Origin: Vicugna vicugna
Taxonomy: Eukaryota
Direction of reading: 5' to 3'
NCBI GenBank assembly: GCA_013265495.1
Contig: MU060970.1
Location: forward strand, 11,237,063 to 11,301,062
DNA: 64,000 bases
A model generated the notes under the pieces. That model did not search any database. It had not been told where the DNA came from and saw nothing but the letters and a program-made list of their open reading frames with translations. How positions within the stretch are numbered: position 1 is the first letter of the stretch; each line of letters begins with the position of its first letter. A program made the translations under genes and the position numbers. Positions 1-11,794 of this stretch are shown piece by piece.

Positions 1-789
1 TGGGGGGTCCAGGAGGGTACCCTACTATTTTCCTTATTTTCTCGAGCAGCTGCATTTCCATATTCCCCATTATCCCACCCCAGTCCTCAGAAATGTGCCC
101 CTGCTTGGATATGAAGTGTCTGAAGAGTAATAACAAGCCAAGGACAAGCAGATTTGGGCAACAGTCATGTGACTTACGCCTCTAGACAGAAGCGATATTG
201 GAAACACTGTATTTAGTAACTTGTATGCTCAGGCACCAGCCAGTCAGAACAATCAGGCATAGACAGTGCTGGGGCAGCACTTCAGAAGCCTCTACTTTGC
301 CAAGCAGTACTCTTTCCCTTAAGGGCTGGGGAAGGGGTCCTGGGGAAGGGGCAGACGGGATCTAAAGGCTTGCTGCAGGGCTGTTTAACAACCTTGCCAG
401 GAGTCACTCAATACTTTAGTAACTGGGATAGCACATGGACTGAATCTCAGTCCTGGCTTCAGTTTCCTAAAGAGGCAAAGCTAGATTCAATCACAAATAT
501 CTTGGCACCTGTAGCCAAAAGTTCTCCAGCTTTTCCCACAGGCTAGAGCAATCAACAATAGCCCCCTCCAGTATCCACCCACCCACGCACCGATGGTGTG
601 ACTCCTACTCCCTCCCTTAAGGGCACCACCTCCCCTATGAAACTACCCTTGCCTTTAAGATGCACAGCAGGACGGCCGGGAGGACAGGAGGCTCTTCCAC
701 CTACAGCCCTCCCAACACCCAGGGCCACAGGGAGGGCAGGGAGATCGGCCCCAAATACCAGTTGGCCAGCTCTTGTCCCCTCCTCTCAG

Positions 790-869
790 AGGCCTGGAAG
801 AAGGAGTTGAAAGACCTGGCTTCCCGGGTGGCCATCTTCACCAAGGAGAATGAGCTGAAGAACAAGAAG
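790..869 (+). CDS. TBATA: TBATA coding exon (EAWKKELKDLASRVAIFTKENELKNKK)
   Basis: tcctctcag| acceptor, AAG|gtgggt donor; phase 1 to 0. Confidence 0.93.
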
Positions 870-3800
870 GTGGGTGCAGAACAAAGGAGCTGTCTGCAAA
901 GAGATGAAATGGATCCGTGCCTTTATAACTAAACCCATTTCACGTGGATTCAAGCTGACTGGAAGCAGAGCCAGGCTTCTGTGAGGCACTGCTGTTGGCA
1001 CGGGGAGGGGCCAATGAACATAACCGAATGCAACCCAGGGAGAGGGTCATAGTAAGGGCTCAGAGGACAGAACATACGTCAAAGGAGAAATCCAAGGAGG
1101 CTCACAGCACGAATGCTCAGAAGCTGGAAGATGGCAGGACATCTTTAGAGAGCAGAGGGCTGAAGTATAGGGTGTAAGTGGGCAGCAGTGAGGGAGAAGG
1201 TGGGCAGGGGGCCAACTATGGATGATGTGGGCCAGAATGCTAGTTTAGTGTCTAATCTGATAAGGGGTAGAGATCACTGAAGGTTTTCAAACAGGATGAG
1301 GGTGGCCTCCTGGGTGTTACTTGCTGATAAACCAGTAAAGACAAGTGGGAGGCAGCTTGAAGGTAGTTGGAATTGGTCCTAGAACAGGCCTGGCCCTTTG
1401 TGGCTGAGTCCAGTCTTGCCCTTGTCTGGGGCAGCAGAGGTCTCATCCCTGCTCTGCAGCTAACTTGCTGTGACACCCAGGGCAACTCAGCTAAGCTGGC
1501 TAGGTCTCAGTTTTCTTATCTCTAAAATGGGGAGAAGGATACTACCAGTCTTAACTGGAGTTGCAATGGCAGGAGGTCCCAGGCCCTGTGCCCAGAGGTC
1601 TGGCTCAGGCATGGGTTTCCCAGGGCAAAGGATGCCAAGCTGTGGGGGACAGACCTGGGGGCAGCTGAGCTAAGAATTAAGGTAGGTAGTGAGGGGCTTG
1701 GTGCATGAGACTGTTTTCAAATCTCTGATGGGCTGGGGGGAGGGGCAGCAGGGAGGGACTGCCCAGGAGGAAGTACAAGGACCACCTGAGGACCACAGTG
1801 GGCAGCCAGCAGCCAAGAGTCAAAGAAGTTCCAGCAGGAAGAGCAGTGACTATAATGGAAGGGCCCCCTGCTGGCCAGAGGGGTCTAGGACAGAGTGGGG
1901 CTGGCCTGGTTGACATCCTAGGTCCCTGGCCTCCCCTTCCTCTTTTTCCCTCTGCTTTCTCCTCATTCTGCCTCTCTCTGTCTTGCTGCCTGGAGTCTCT
2001 GGTTGCTTTTCTCCCAGCAGAAGGAGAAGCCTCAGCGGGAGCAGGGAGCAAAGTACTCAGCAGAGACTGGTAGGCTCATCCCTGCTTCCACCCGGGCAAT
2101 GGCCCGCCGCCATTCCTGCCAGGGCCCACGAAACCACCCTTCGAGCGGAGATGGAGGAGTCCAGACCTTCATCCTGCAGGATCAGGAGTTGCTGGTGAGG
2201 TCCTGAGAAGGTTGAGGGCTGCGGACCCTACAGAAGCCCTAGTCTGAAGGCAGAACACATGGTGGTCCCTGCTCCCCAGCTCCCAGCAATCTACCTAGGA
2301 CACTTACAAACTGCTTTCAAGCATGGTTTCTTCCATGGAGCCTTGCATCTGACACTGTAAGACTTGAAAACCCCAGACTTGGAGTCAGGAGCTTGGATTC
2401 CAATCCCCAGCTGCCTCTGGGTTTCTGTGTGAGCCTTTTCTTTTCTAAGCCCTGTCCCCTCTCGGAACCTGAGTTCCATGATTTAGCCAAACTGGGAGCA
2501 TGGAGAGATTATCACAAGGTCTGGTCCAGCTGAGGCACTTCATGAGTTAAGGAAGGGAGCTACACGGGTGGAATCAGATGCACAGAGATGAAGGTCCTGC
2601 ATGGTGCATCCTCATACCCTGCATGATGCACCTGAAGCCTGTAAGGCTGGTACCTCCCCACACTCTGGAGGGGTCTGGTCTGTGTTGTGGCAAAGCATAA
2701 AGCCCCCTCCTCCGTGCTCGAGTTTCCCATGGAGGCCGGAAAGGCGTGCAGGACTCATGCAGGTGGGCGAGGGCAGTGAGAGTCCCTGTTAAAAGGAGCA
2801 CATGTTCTCTAGGAGAGGCCAGACAGTGACAGCATCTTAACATCTTCCTTGCGACCAGCGCTTTAAAGCACGCAGTCCCCTTGGAGCCTTAATGACAGTT
2901 CATGAAATGGATAGAGCAGACAGGGCCAGGATCCCCATTCCACAGATGGGGTAGCTGAGGCCCTGCCAGGTAACATCCTGTGGCCCAGGTTCCCAGAGAG
3001 GGAGCAGCCTAACAGGGACTAGAACACAGTACTTTCTCCACCATAGGGCGGCCTCACCTTGCCTGGAAGTAGGTTCTCGGGCCCTGTGGGGAGGGGGCAC
3101 AGGGCAGGTAAGTTGGATATGGAGAAGAGCCCCGGGCAGATGGGGGCTGAGGTCACCTCAGTGGGGGGGGGGTACCTGGAGGGTGGGCAGCCTAGCAGGC
3201 ATAGGCCTGGGGAAAGGCCTGGCCCAGTTCCCCCTCTGCCAGGGATAAGGCAGGCCTGCTGGGCACTGACAGGTGTCTTCGGTTCCTGAGGAGACTGAAT
3301 GCTGACTGCTGAGAGGACCCCGCTTTCCTAGGACTCCAGGGGCCCCAGCTCCCACCAAGGGCCCCAGCCCCACGTAGCCACAGCCACCGTCAGCAGCCCG
3401 GCGTAGGGAGACTCCAGAGCCCTTCCAAGACAGAGCTGGATCTCTTGCCAATGATCCTTCACTGGAGGACACAGGTGGGAAAGGGCCTTGAAGATGCAAA
3501 GATGCCAAAGGAGGCCAAGGAGGCATCTGGGGACGAAGAGCACGTGGCACTGGGCGGGAAGGAGGCTCCGGCTGAGCCAGACGCAGAACCAGCCGGCCCC
3601 AACCCTCAGACTGCCCATGGGGATCACCCCACCTCTTTGATAACATCTCCAGACTCTGAAGTTGGGAACTTCAGGGAGGGGAGGCCCATGGGGTCCATGA
3701 AATCCCCACGTCAAGGACCCGGGCGTTCAGGACTCGGTGCGTCTCTGAGGAGCTGAAGGGCCAACTCTGACCTTGCCTTCCCACTGTGGGACTCTAGGGT

Positions 3801-6800
3801 ACCACTAGCCCAAGTAGGGATGAGGGGTCCAAGTGTTTGATTCTGAGGCTTAGTTCTGCCACAGCATCCCTGCGAGGTACCCTCCTCTCCTGAGGCCTCA
3901 GATTTCTCATCTGTCCAGTGACGAGGTTAAGAATCTTCCTCCAGGGCTGTGGGGAGAGAAAGCTTTCTACGAAGTGTGAAGTCCATAGAGAGGGGAGGCA
4001 GGGACCACCGTGGGGACCAGTCTAGCCAATCATGTGGCGCTGGGAGGCCACTTCGGTGGGGAGGGCCTGTGTTGCCGGGTGGAACAGGCCATCCAGCCAC
4101 ACTGACCCAGGCCTGTCCTCCTGCCCACAGATCCTAGAGCTCCTTTCTCAAATCCTGCAAACAGACTCCTTGAATGCTATCCAGTTCTGGCTACTCTACG
4201 CTCCCCCCAAGGGTGAGGACACAGTCTGGGGCCAAGAACCTGATCTGAGTGGTGGCTGCCGAGGGCTGTGTCCTCTGGTTCTGCAGGACTCAGATGTCAC
4301 TCGGCTCCCACCCTAGGGCCTTACATCAAGCCCCTCCTCCTTTTTAGAGCCCCAAACTAACCTTTTCCAACTAGACAACATCACTGCTCCCTCCCCATTC
4401 CTCAGCAGGATTCTACCACACCACTCCTTGGAGGGGACCCCTCCTCCACGCTGACCACAGACCTCAGCACATGGGAGAGAGACATTCAAAGACCATACTT
4501 AGCAGACACAGCCCCTAACCTACCACTATAGGAAACACATGCACAGAGATGCAAATATATGCACATAAGAACATACATACATCTACACACGAACACATGA
4601 AACACACACACACACACACATGATGGGACAGTGGGTGGAGGGTGTATCTAAGTGGGAGGGTGAGGAGTGATGGGAGTTGGAGAGCTGACTGGGAAGGCTC
4701 CCTGGACTGGACAGTGGAGGGAGAGGAAGGAGGGCGGGTCCCCAGCAGGCTTCCCAGAGGGCCTGAGGGTCTTGTGGCAGGTGGACCAAGACCAAGGTAC
4801 ACAAGAGAAAGGTGTGGAAGGCCAAGCCACCCTGCACACAGAGGGGCCAGAGAGAAGTGCGGACCTCCCATGGGCTGAATGTGAGATGGCTACAGATCTG
4901 CCATTGGGCAGAAGAGCTGGAGGCCCTGCCTCTGGCCCATCCCCTCTAGGAGCAGGATGGGGGCTAGAGTCTTGGCCCTGAGGATTTCTCCCCCGGCTTT
5001 GCTTACAGAGAAAGACATGGCACTAGGGCTCCTGCAGACAGCAGTGGCACAGCTCCTTCCCCAGCCCCTAGTCTCCATCTCAGCAGAAAAACTCCTGAAC
5101 CAGCTCCAGGAAGTTCAAGAACTATCGCAAGAGAGGCAACAGCTACCCTACAGGTGGGCTTTGCACACTTCACCTGCCCCTCTGTTCCCAGAACTGCTCC
5201 CTCGTATTCAGCCACTTGTCCTCCCAGGTGAGGCCAGTGGAGACCAGAGGGGGCCTGGTGATTAAACAATCACCTGTCCTGGAGGAAGAGACGCAGGCCC
5301 TCTCCCAGGACCCCCCGGTTCTACCCGTGTAGCTTGAAGGCTCACTCTGCCAAGCCAGCCTCTGGGGGCCAGCTGTGGGGGGTGCCAAGGGAGTGACTTG
5401 TTTCAGCCGCAAACATCCAGCCCTCCATACATAGTCTTTGGGAAGACACAAGTAGGTAAGGAGCGGTAACACAAAGCAGGCAGGAGCATCTTTTTGCCGG
5501 TATTAAGTCCTCTAGCAGGTTGGAGAGAAGGATTAATTATGAGCTGGGGAAAGAGCAGATGAGGGAAGGCCGCACCCAGCAGGTGAGTGGGGCTTGAACG
5601 TCAGCCGTGAGCCCAGCGGTCCTGAGGGCCACGGTATCTGCCTGACACCGCTGGGTGTTTGATTCTTTTCTGGTCCATACAGCCACCCACGGAGGCAGTA
5701 TTACCTCTGTTTTACAGAAGAGAAAACTGAGGCCCAAGAACAGTTGAATGACAGCCCAGAGGCACCCAGCTGGGCAGCAGAACACTCAGACTCAGGCTTA
5801 CCTACCATCCAAGCCCAGCAGTGCTCAGATTCAGCGAGGAGCTTGTTGAAAATTCGGATACCTAGAGAGTGTCACCCAGTAGCGGTGTGAACACAGAAGA
5901 TATGTATCTTTAACAATCACCCGAGAGTTTCTGATAGTGCCTGTGGGACGCTGCTGGGACAGACAGGACCTGAACAAGCAAAGGAGAGAGTAGGGGAAGA
6001 CAGGAGAGGAAGTCAGGAGTGGGTGGCATGGGGGGAATGTCAAGTTTGGGCACCGTGGCTGGAGCGTGGGCGGGTTGGTGAGAGGGGCGGATGCTGTGCT
6101 GGCTTGGGTATACTGAAAGTGTGAGTGCTGGACCTAGCCCTGGACCTGGTTTTCTTTTCCACTCTGAGACCAGGGAAGGCACAGTGGGAAGGCAGCTTCA
6201 CTGTGACTTTGAGCAAGCCACCTCCCATCTGTGAGCCTGTTTCACCTTTTCAAAATACCCTCTCTTGGAGTCATAGGGAGGAATAATTATTATGGGGTGC
6301 ATAAAAAAGGCTTGCTGAAGAGCAAAGCCCACACCAGATGTGAGCATTATTCATGCTCATCAGTAATCCATTAGGGAAGCAGGAAGGATTCCTGTCTGTA
6401 GCGCCAAGGGAGGGCCAGTGCAGTGGCCTCCCTTACAGCTCTCTTACAGAAGGGCCTTGGTTCCCTGTGGCCACAGCAGGCAACAGAGTCGCAGTTGTTG
6501 GGGTCCTGCTCGGGGTGGGGCCATCCCGGGACAGATGCTGCTGGTGGGCTCTCCGGGAGGGGTGGCTCTTGCCTCTCCCTGGGGCACCCTCCTCACCTCC
6601 CCGCCTGCCCTGCCACTCTGCTGGCTGCGTGGCTCCAGTCTGACCTTCCCAGCCTCTCCTTGTGTTGGTTTTAGCCAATCCCCGAAGACGAAGACACCAC
6701 CTCTATCAAACAGCGAAGAACCAGGTAAGAGTCCCGGCAGCAGGTCACTCTGTGGGGGTCACTGAAGCCCACCATGGCTGGATTCCTCGAGGGATTCTAG

Positions 6801-7816
6801 GACCCCCTGGAGATGGGTCCCTCCCCCAAGAAGCTGCTCATTCATTCGTTCACTCACTCACTCAACAGATCCTTAATTAGTACCTAGGTGAGGGAGATCA
6901 CTGGGGAAATATTTGGATAAGTTCCTACTGCGTGAAGCTTATATCCTAGGGAGAGGCATGCAGACCACAAAGACAGCTGAAGTGGGTGGGTGCCATGAGG
7001 AAAATAGCAGGGTGATGTGAGTCAGGAGGACTGGCGGGGTGGGGAGAGGGCCCCTTGAGCCGAAAGACAGGAGGGGTCCAGCCCTCTGTGGAGCAGTGCT
7101 TCCACCTGCCAGGTGTATTGGTGAAGGAGCAGGCAGGCCAGGGTGGCCGGGGCCTTGTGGGTTGGGGACAGCGGTGAGAAATGAGGTGAAACAGGTGGGT
7201 GGGGCCAGCTTGTGGTCTCATGCAAAGGGTGTGGGGGTGCACTGGAGGGTTATAAACGGGGTGTGGTGGGACCCCTCTGGCTGCCGCATGGAGAATGGAC
7301 TGTGGGGATCCAGAGGGGATGAGGGAGACCAGAGAGGAGGGAATGCCTTAGACCAGGGCAGAGGGAGGGGAAGGGAGGTTGGAGGGGAGAGAAGAGGACA
7401 GATATCCTCGATGTGCACTGTTCTCTCCCACTAGACTGTAGAGGGTCCCGCGTCCGGGGAGTGTCTGACATGGAGCAGGTACTGCATAGATGTTTGTTAC
7501 CTGGATGTAGAAGAGGGTGGTGGTGAGGCTCAGGGGAGTCAGCACCTCCCAGGGGCTGACAGTTTTGCTCTCTTATCAGCAGGAGAGCCCAGAGCAGAAC
7601 CTGGTTTGACCCTGGTACTCACACATCTGCCAGGGCCTTGCGGGGAGAAGGGGTCTCCCCAGATCTCCTGGGCAGCTCCCAGGTAGTGGCCCGGCCCCTC
7701 ATGCTCTCCTGCCTACTGTCTCCCCTCTCCCAGAGAACATCGGGAAAGCACAAGTTCTCCGCATGCACTCAAGCCAGAACCCAGAGAAGGCGTCAAAGCC
7801 AAAGGCAGAGGGCTAA
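790..7816 (+). CDS. TBATA: TBATA (thymus, brain and testes associated; Spatial/C10orf27), 3' part of spliced gene, last six coding exons
   Basis: Spliced translation EAWKKELKDLASRVAIFTKENELKNKK/QKEKPQREQGAKYSAETGRLIPAS...QDQELL/ILELLSQILQTDSLNAIQFWLLYAPPK/EKDMALGLLQTAVAQLLPQPLV.../SQSPKTKTPPLSNSEEP/ENIGKAQVLRMHSSQNPEKASKPKAEG* matches the recalled human TBATA C-terminal half. Phases are consistent, and tail-to-tail synteny with ADAMTS14 is as in human. Confidence 0.95.
2018..2194 (+). CDS. TBATA: TBATA coding exon (QKEKPQREQGAKYSAETG...QDQELL)
   Basis: ttttctcccag| acceptor (tandem CAGCAG), CTG|gtgagg donor; 177 nt, phase 0-0. Confidence 0.93.
4131..4212 (+). CDS. TBATA: TBATA coding exon (ILELLSQILQTDSLNAIQFWLLYAPPK)
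   Basis: ctcctgcccacag| acceptor, AAGG|gtgagg donor; 82 nt, phase 0-1. Confidence 0.95.
4605..4621. repeat. (CA)n microsatellite at the end of a degenerate CA/TA-rich tract (about 4535..4621)
   Basis: acacacacacacacaca. Confidence 0.85.
5009..5153 (+). CDS. TBATA: TBATA coding exon (EKDMALGLLQTAVAQLLPQP...QQLPY)
   Basis: tttgcttacag| acceptor, ACAG|gtgggc donor; 145 nt, phase 1-2. Confidence 0.95.
6675..6724 (+). CDS. TBATA: TBATA coding exon (SQSPKTKTPPLSNSEEP)
   Basis: gttggttttag| acceptor, CCAG|gtaaga donor; 50 nt, phase 2-1. Confidence 0.9.
7734..7816 (+). CDS. TBATA: TBATA last coding exon (ENIGKAQVLRMHSSQNPEKASKPKAEG*)
   Basis: tcccctctcccag| acceptor, phase 1; TAA at 7814..7816; aligns with the recalled human C-terminus. 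Confidence 0.92.
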
Positions 7817-7923
7817 GGAGTTCACTTCCCTCTTCCCGTCTTGCTCAAGAGAAGCCCCTGAGTTCGAAGATTCAACCCCGACCTCCTCGACAGCAATACC
7901 TGTTTTCCTATCACATGAAGCCT

Positions 7924-7929
7924 ATTAAA
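7924..7929 (+). terminator. Poly(A) signal ATTAAA for TBATA
   Basis: First canonical-type hexamer, about 110 nt after the stop, followed by pyrimidine/GU-rich sequence. Confidence 0.65.
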
Positions 7930-8269
7930 ACACTGTCTTCCCCTTGCTGGGTCCTCCTGACTGTCTTCCCCTCAAGAGGACACTTCTGCTCTCCTATCAG
8001 CAGGAGGTCTGTGCGTGGGTAGTCTGCTCCAGGAGAGGGGGTGAGCTGTACCAAATCACCCTGACTCCCCTGGAAAAGGCCCCCCACACGGGGCTTCCCA
8101 GGTTGTTAGGTTCCAAAAGGGTAGGTATAGATGGGGCTCTACTCATCCTTGAGCCAAGACTCACAGGGCTCTGGGTAGATTAGAGCAGAGGTCAGGAACT
8201 CACAGGCCACTTTAGAAAACTACCCAATGACTGAGTTCCTACCAGGCACTGAGGCAGGACTTGGGTAAT

Positions 8270-8470
8270 AGCCAATGATGAACATTACGTGACTTGTACC
8301 TATTTTATATGTGGTACTATATTTGATGCCCTCAAAAGCACTATGAAACAATCACTTCCATTTTATAGATGAATAAACTGAGTGAGGCTCAGAAAGGTGA
8401 ATTTGCTTCATAATAAGTGAGAACCAGGATCCAAACCCAACGTCGGGTTCTAGAATCCCTGCTCTTATCA
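8270..8470 (-). mobile_element. MIR SINE
   Basis: ccattttatagatgaataaactgagtgaggctcagaaaggtgaatttgc = reverse MIR core. Confidence 0.7.
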
Positions 8471-9074
8471 GCTGTACTCTGCTGCCGTATAAACAGCAAC
8501 CCCTCACCGAAAGTTGTGGTTACATTCCTAAAAAGCATAGGGTCACCAAAATGGTGGTTGGCACGATCAGGAAGGAAAGGGACAACATATAAATGTGGCC
8601 CAGATGCAGCTGCAGTGTCTCTATCCTTGAACATATAGGGAAGATGGCCTTGACCTTCTGGGAAGTCCAGTGTCTCCTTGAGATTTCTGCAAATCGCTGG
8701 GAGTGGGGGGCCGGCATTGAGAATTTACAATGTCATGGTCACCTGTGGCTTTGAGCTTCTATCTACTTAGTTCAGTCCATGGATTGTGGTTTCATTCTAT
8801 ATTTAGAGCACTGCCCCGCTCACATCAATTCAGATGACCCTGTTCACACAAAACTTGTGTGCATCAGGCTACAGTCAAGACTGGGGGCTGGATGGGGATT
8901 TGCCGTGAATCCAGCAAACAGGTTCATGGTCTGTATTAAATCACCTTGTTTTTAAAAGTCCTTGGCCACTGGGGATGTTTCACTGGTGGCAGCACCTCCT
9001 ATAACTATACCCCTTGACATCTTGCTGGCTTTCTCCTGTCCTGTCCTCAACCCTGCCACCATTTTGCCCGCACT

Positions 9075-9450
9075 ATTTTTATTTTTTCCAGTTTTTTTCT
9101 TGTAAAATATACATAACACAAAATTAACCATTTTAACCACTTCTAATTATGGTTCAATGCCATTAAGTGCATTCACATTGTTGTGCAACTATCACCACCA
9201 TCCATCTCCAGAACTCTCTTCATCTTGCAAAACTGAAACTCAAACCCATTAATAACTCCTCACTCTCCCCTACCCCCAGTCCCTGGCAATCACCATTCTA
9301 CTTTCCATCTCCATGAATCTGACTGCTCTAAATAACATCATATTAGTAGAATACAATCTTACCCATTTGTCCTTTCGTGGCTAGCTTCCTTCACTTAGCA
9401 TGATGTTTTCAAGGCTTATCCATGTTGCAGCATGTATCAGAATTTCCTCC
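9075..9450 (-). mobile_element. Old L1 (L1MA/MB-type) 3' end
   Basis: aaattaaccattttaacc...gtgcaactatcaccaccatccatctccagaac...aaaactgaaact is the typical antisense L1M 3' UTR. Confidence 0.8.
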
Positions 9451-10959
9451 CACATTTATTAATGGATGCAGCAGCTCAGGTCCTCTAGCCTCTATTCCCA
9501 AACCCTCCAGCCCCACCTTGGCCTGTCCAACCTCATCTAAGGGCTGAGCTGAACAAAACTGCTCATAGCACAGGGTCCTGGCCCCTTGACCGTTGTGCCT
9601 ACAAGAGTATATCCCTCCTCCAATACAAACAATTTTTTTAAATCCACAGTGAAAAATTCTAAGTCACCTGCTTCCAAAATAAATCATACTTCTTGGCACA
9701 AAAGCCCTGGATCTTTAGGTAATCCTTCTACCTCACCTTTAATTTTTCAGGAAATATTGCATGAGATTAATATTTGCCACTGAAGATTCTCATACTTGCT
9801 TTATTCCCTAGAGTGGACCTCTCTTTTAACTTTCTAAGCCCATCCTTCAGATCTGTTTATTTTGCTTTCTCCATCTCATGTTTGCTTTTGCATCTCTTTG
9901 CAAAAATGCTTGTGTCACTGCCTGGCTTTTGCACCCATTGTCACTGCATTTAAAGCCAAGGTGTTCTGGGCTTGGCTTCTTACCTGTGTATCTTGAAGGT
10001 AGACTCTGAACAGATGAGATCTTTCTCAGCAGCTCTGCAATCTACTAGGAGGCAGAAAGATAAAGGCACTGAGCCAAACCATGTACACATGAAAACACTG
10101 TGGAAACAAACACGTGATGTGCAAATGGGAAATTGCTATGTTGCAGAAACACAGGTACTGAGTTCTGAACCGACCTCAGTCAATGCTCATGGCAACCTGT
10201 AAGGTCAATGTAATTATCCACATTTTACAGGTAGAAAATCCAAGGCTTAAAGCCAAAGTAACATCAAAATCCACACAGCCAATAAGCAGTGGATTCAAAC
10301 CCAGGGCTGTGGGCTCCTCAGTCAGTGCCCTTTACTTTCTGCAGTGCTACCACCCTCCAGGCTCACCCCAAGGCCCACTCGTCTCCAGACAGAGAAATGG
10401 ACCCTTCTCTTGTTTGCAGACACTTCACCCTCTCTTCCTCCTCGTTCCTCTTCCCCCAGCTCTTGGATATGGAGCTAGACAGGGTTTGCTCTAACTCCTT
10501 AGTCCTCCTCAAAGACCCCCAACAGGTCTGCGTCCTCCCTCCATGTTTTAAGGGAGTCGCTATTAAACCTCAGGGGGATAGCCAGCTGGGGGAATTAGCA
10601 GGTGCCAAACATCTCTCAGAGTTGCCACTGGCCTTGCTGAAAATGCAAGTGGTGTTGGGCCTGCCTTCCTTGTCACCTGCCTGGGGCCATCCTGACCTTA
10701 GACCCTGTGCAGGCTGAAGCCCAGGCTGGTTACCAGGCTGTGGGTGGCCTTTAGGTCTATTTGGTTTCGTGCTCCCTGTCTGCAGCGGCTTGGCCCCCAT
10801 TTGGCATCGGGGTGACTTCTTCTGGGTGTCAGGACATCATGGCCACTTCTGGGTCACTCCTAAGTTTTCCTTGGCTCCAGGCTCTGGGATTTCTCTTCTC
10901 CTTACCCTCTGCTTCACTGCCTGAAGCATGAAGATTTTCCCTCCCCTATGGCTCTAGGT

Positions 10960-11300
10960 CCTCCTTGGGATCCAGTCTCCTTTGTCACTATGGAAGCCAC
11001 TGTTGGTGTCCCACACCCTCCTTCCAGGTGGGCCTGAAACTTAGCTCCGTCCAACCAGAATGCCCCATCCCTGGGCACAATGACGGGTTCAAGGGCTAGA
11101 TAAGCATGTGACCCAAAGTGGACCAATCACTGTCTTCCCCTGGGTTTTTTGTGGGAAAAAGAATGCTGGCTTTTGCGACAATACCATCATCGGTGATCAC
11201 TGCTCGAAGGGACAAAGCCATGGATTCAGTCACACCTGATGCCCCTGATTCTCCTCCATCCTTCCCCATTATATGAGACAATAAAGTTACTTCTTAATAA
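10960..11300 (+). mobile_element. Ancient ERVL LTR remnant (LTR16/LTR33-like)
   Basis: gcatgtgacccaa...ggaccaatca...tcttccctggg and terminal caataaa; boundaries approximate. Confidence 0.45.
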
Positions 11301-11304
11301 AACT

Positions 11305-11779
11305 GTTGATTTTTACGCACTTTTAACATAAAACTTACCATTTTAACCACTGTTACGTGTACAGCTCAGTGATACTAAATACAAGCATATTGCTNNNNNN
11401 NNNNNNNNNNNNNNNNNNNNNNNNNNNNNNNNNNNNNNNNNNNNNNNNNNNNNNNNNNNNNNNNNNNNNNNNNNNNNNNNNNNNNNNNNNNNNNNNNNNN
11501 NNNNNNNNNNNNNNNNNNNNNNNNNTATTCTAGGGGCCTCACATAAGTGGGAACATACAATATTTGTCATTTTGCGGCTAGTTTACTTCAATTATCATNN
11601 NNNNNNNNNNNNNNNNNNNNNNNNNNNNNNNNNNNNNNNNNNNNNNNNNNNNNNNNNNNNNNNNNNNNNNNNNNNNNNNNNNNNNNNNNNNNNNNNNNNN
11701 NNNNNNNNNNNNNNNNNNNNNNNNNNNNNNNNNNNNNTTTGGCTACTGTTATACTTCTGCTAAGAACATGAGGATACAG
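11305..11779 (-). mobile_element. Old L1MA/MB 3' end, partly N
   Basis: aaacttaccattttaaccac...acataagtgggaacatacaatatttgtc...ggctactgt. Confidence 0.75.
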
Positions 11780-11794
11780 AAGTAGTTGATTTTT

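Noticed and set aside
164-173. GTCATGTGAC M-box/CLEAR-like site
   Set aside because: An isolated 10-mer with no supporting context; the same core also occurs inside a MIR-like segment at about 44423
1689-1913. Purine-rich 74-aa ORF in a TBATA intron
   Set aside because: No convincing acceptor/donor pair and no CpG retention, unlike 3313..3756
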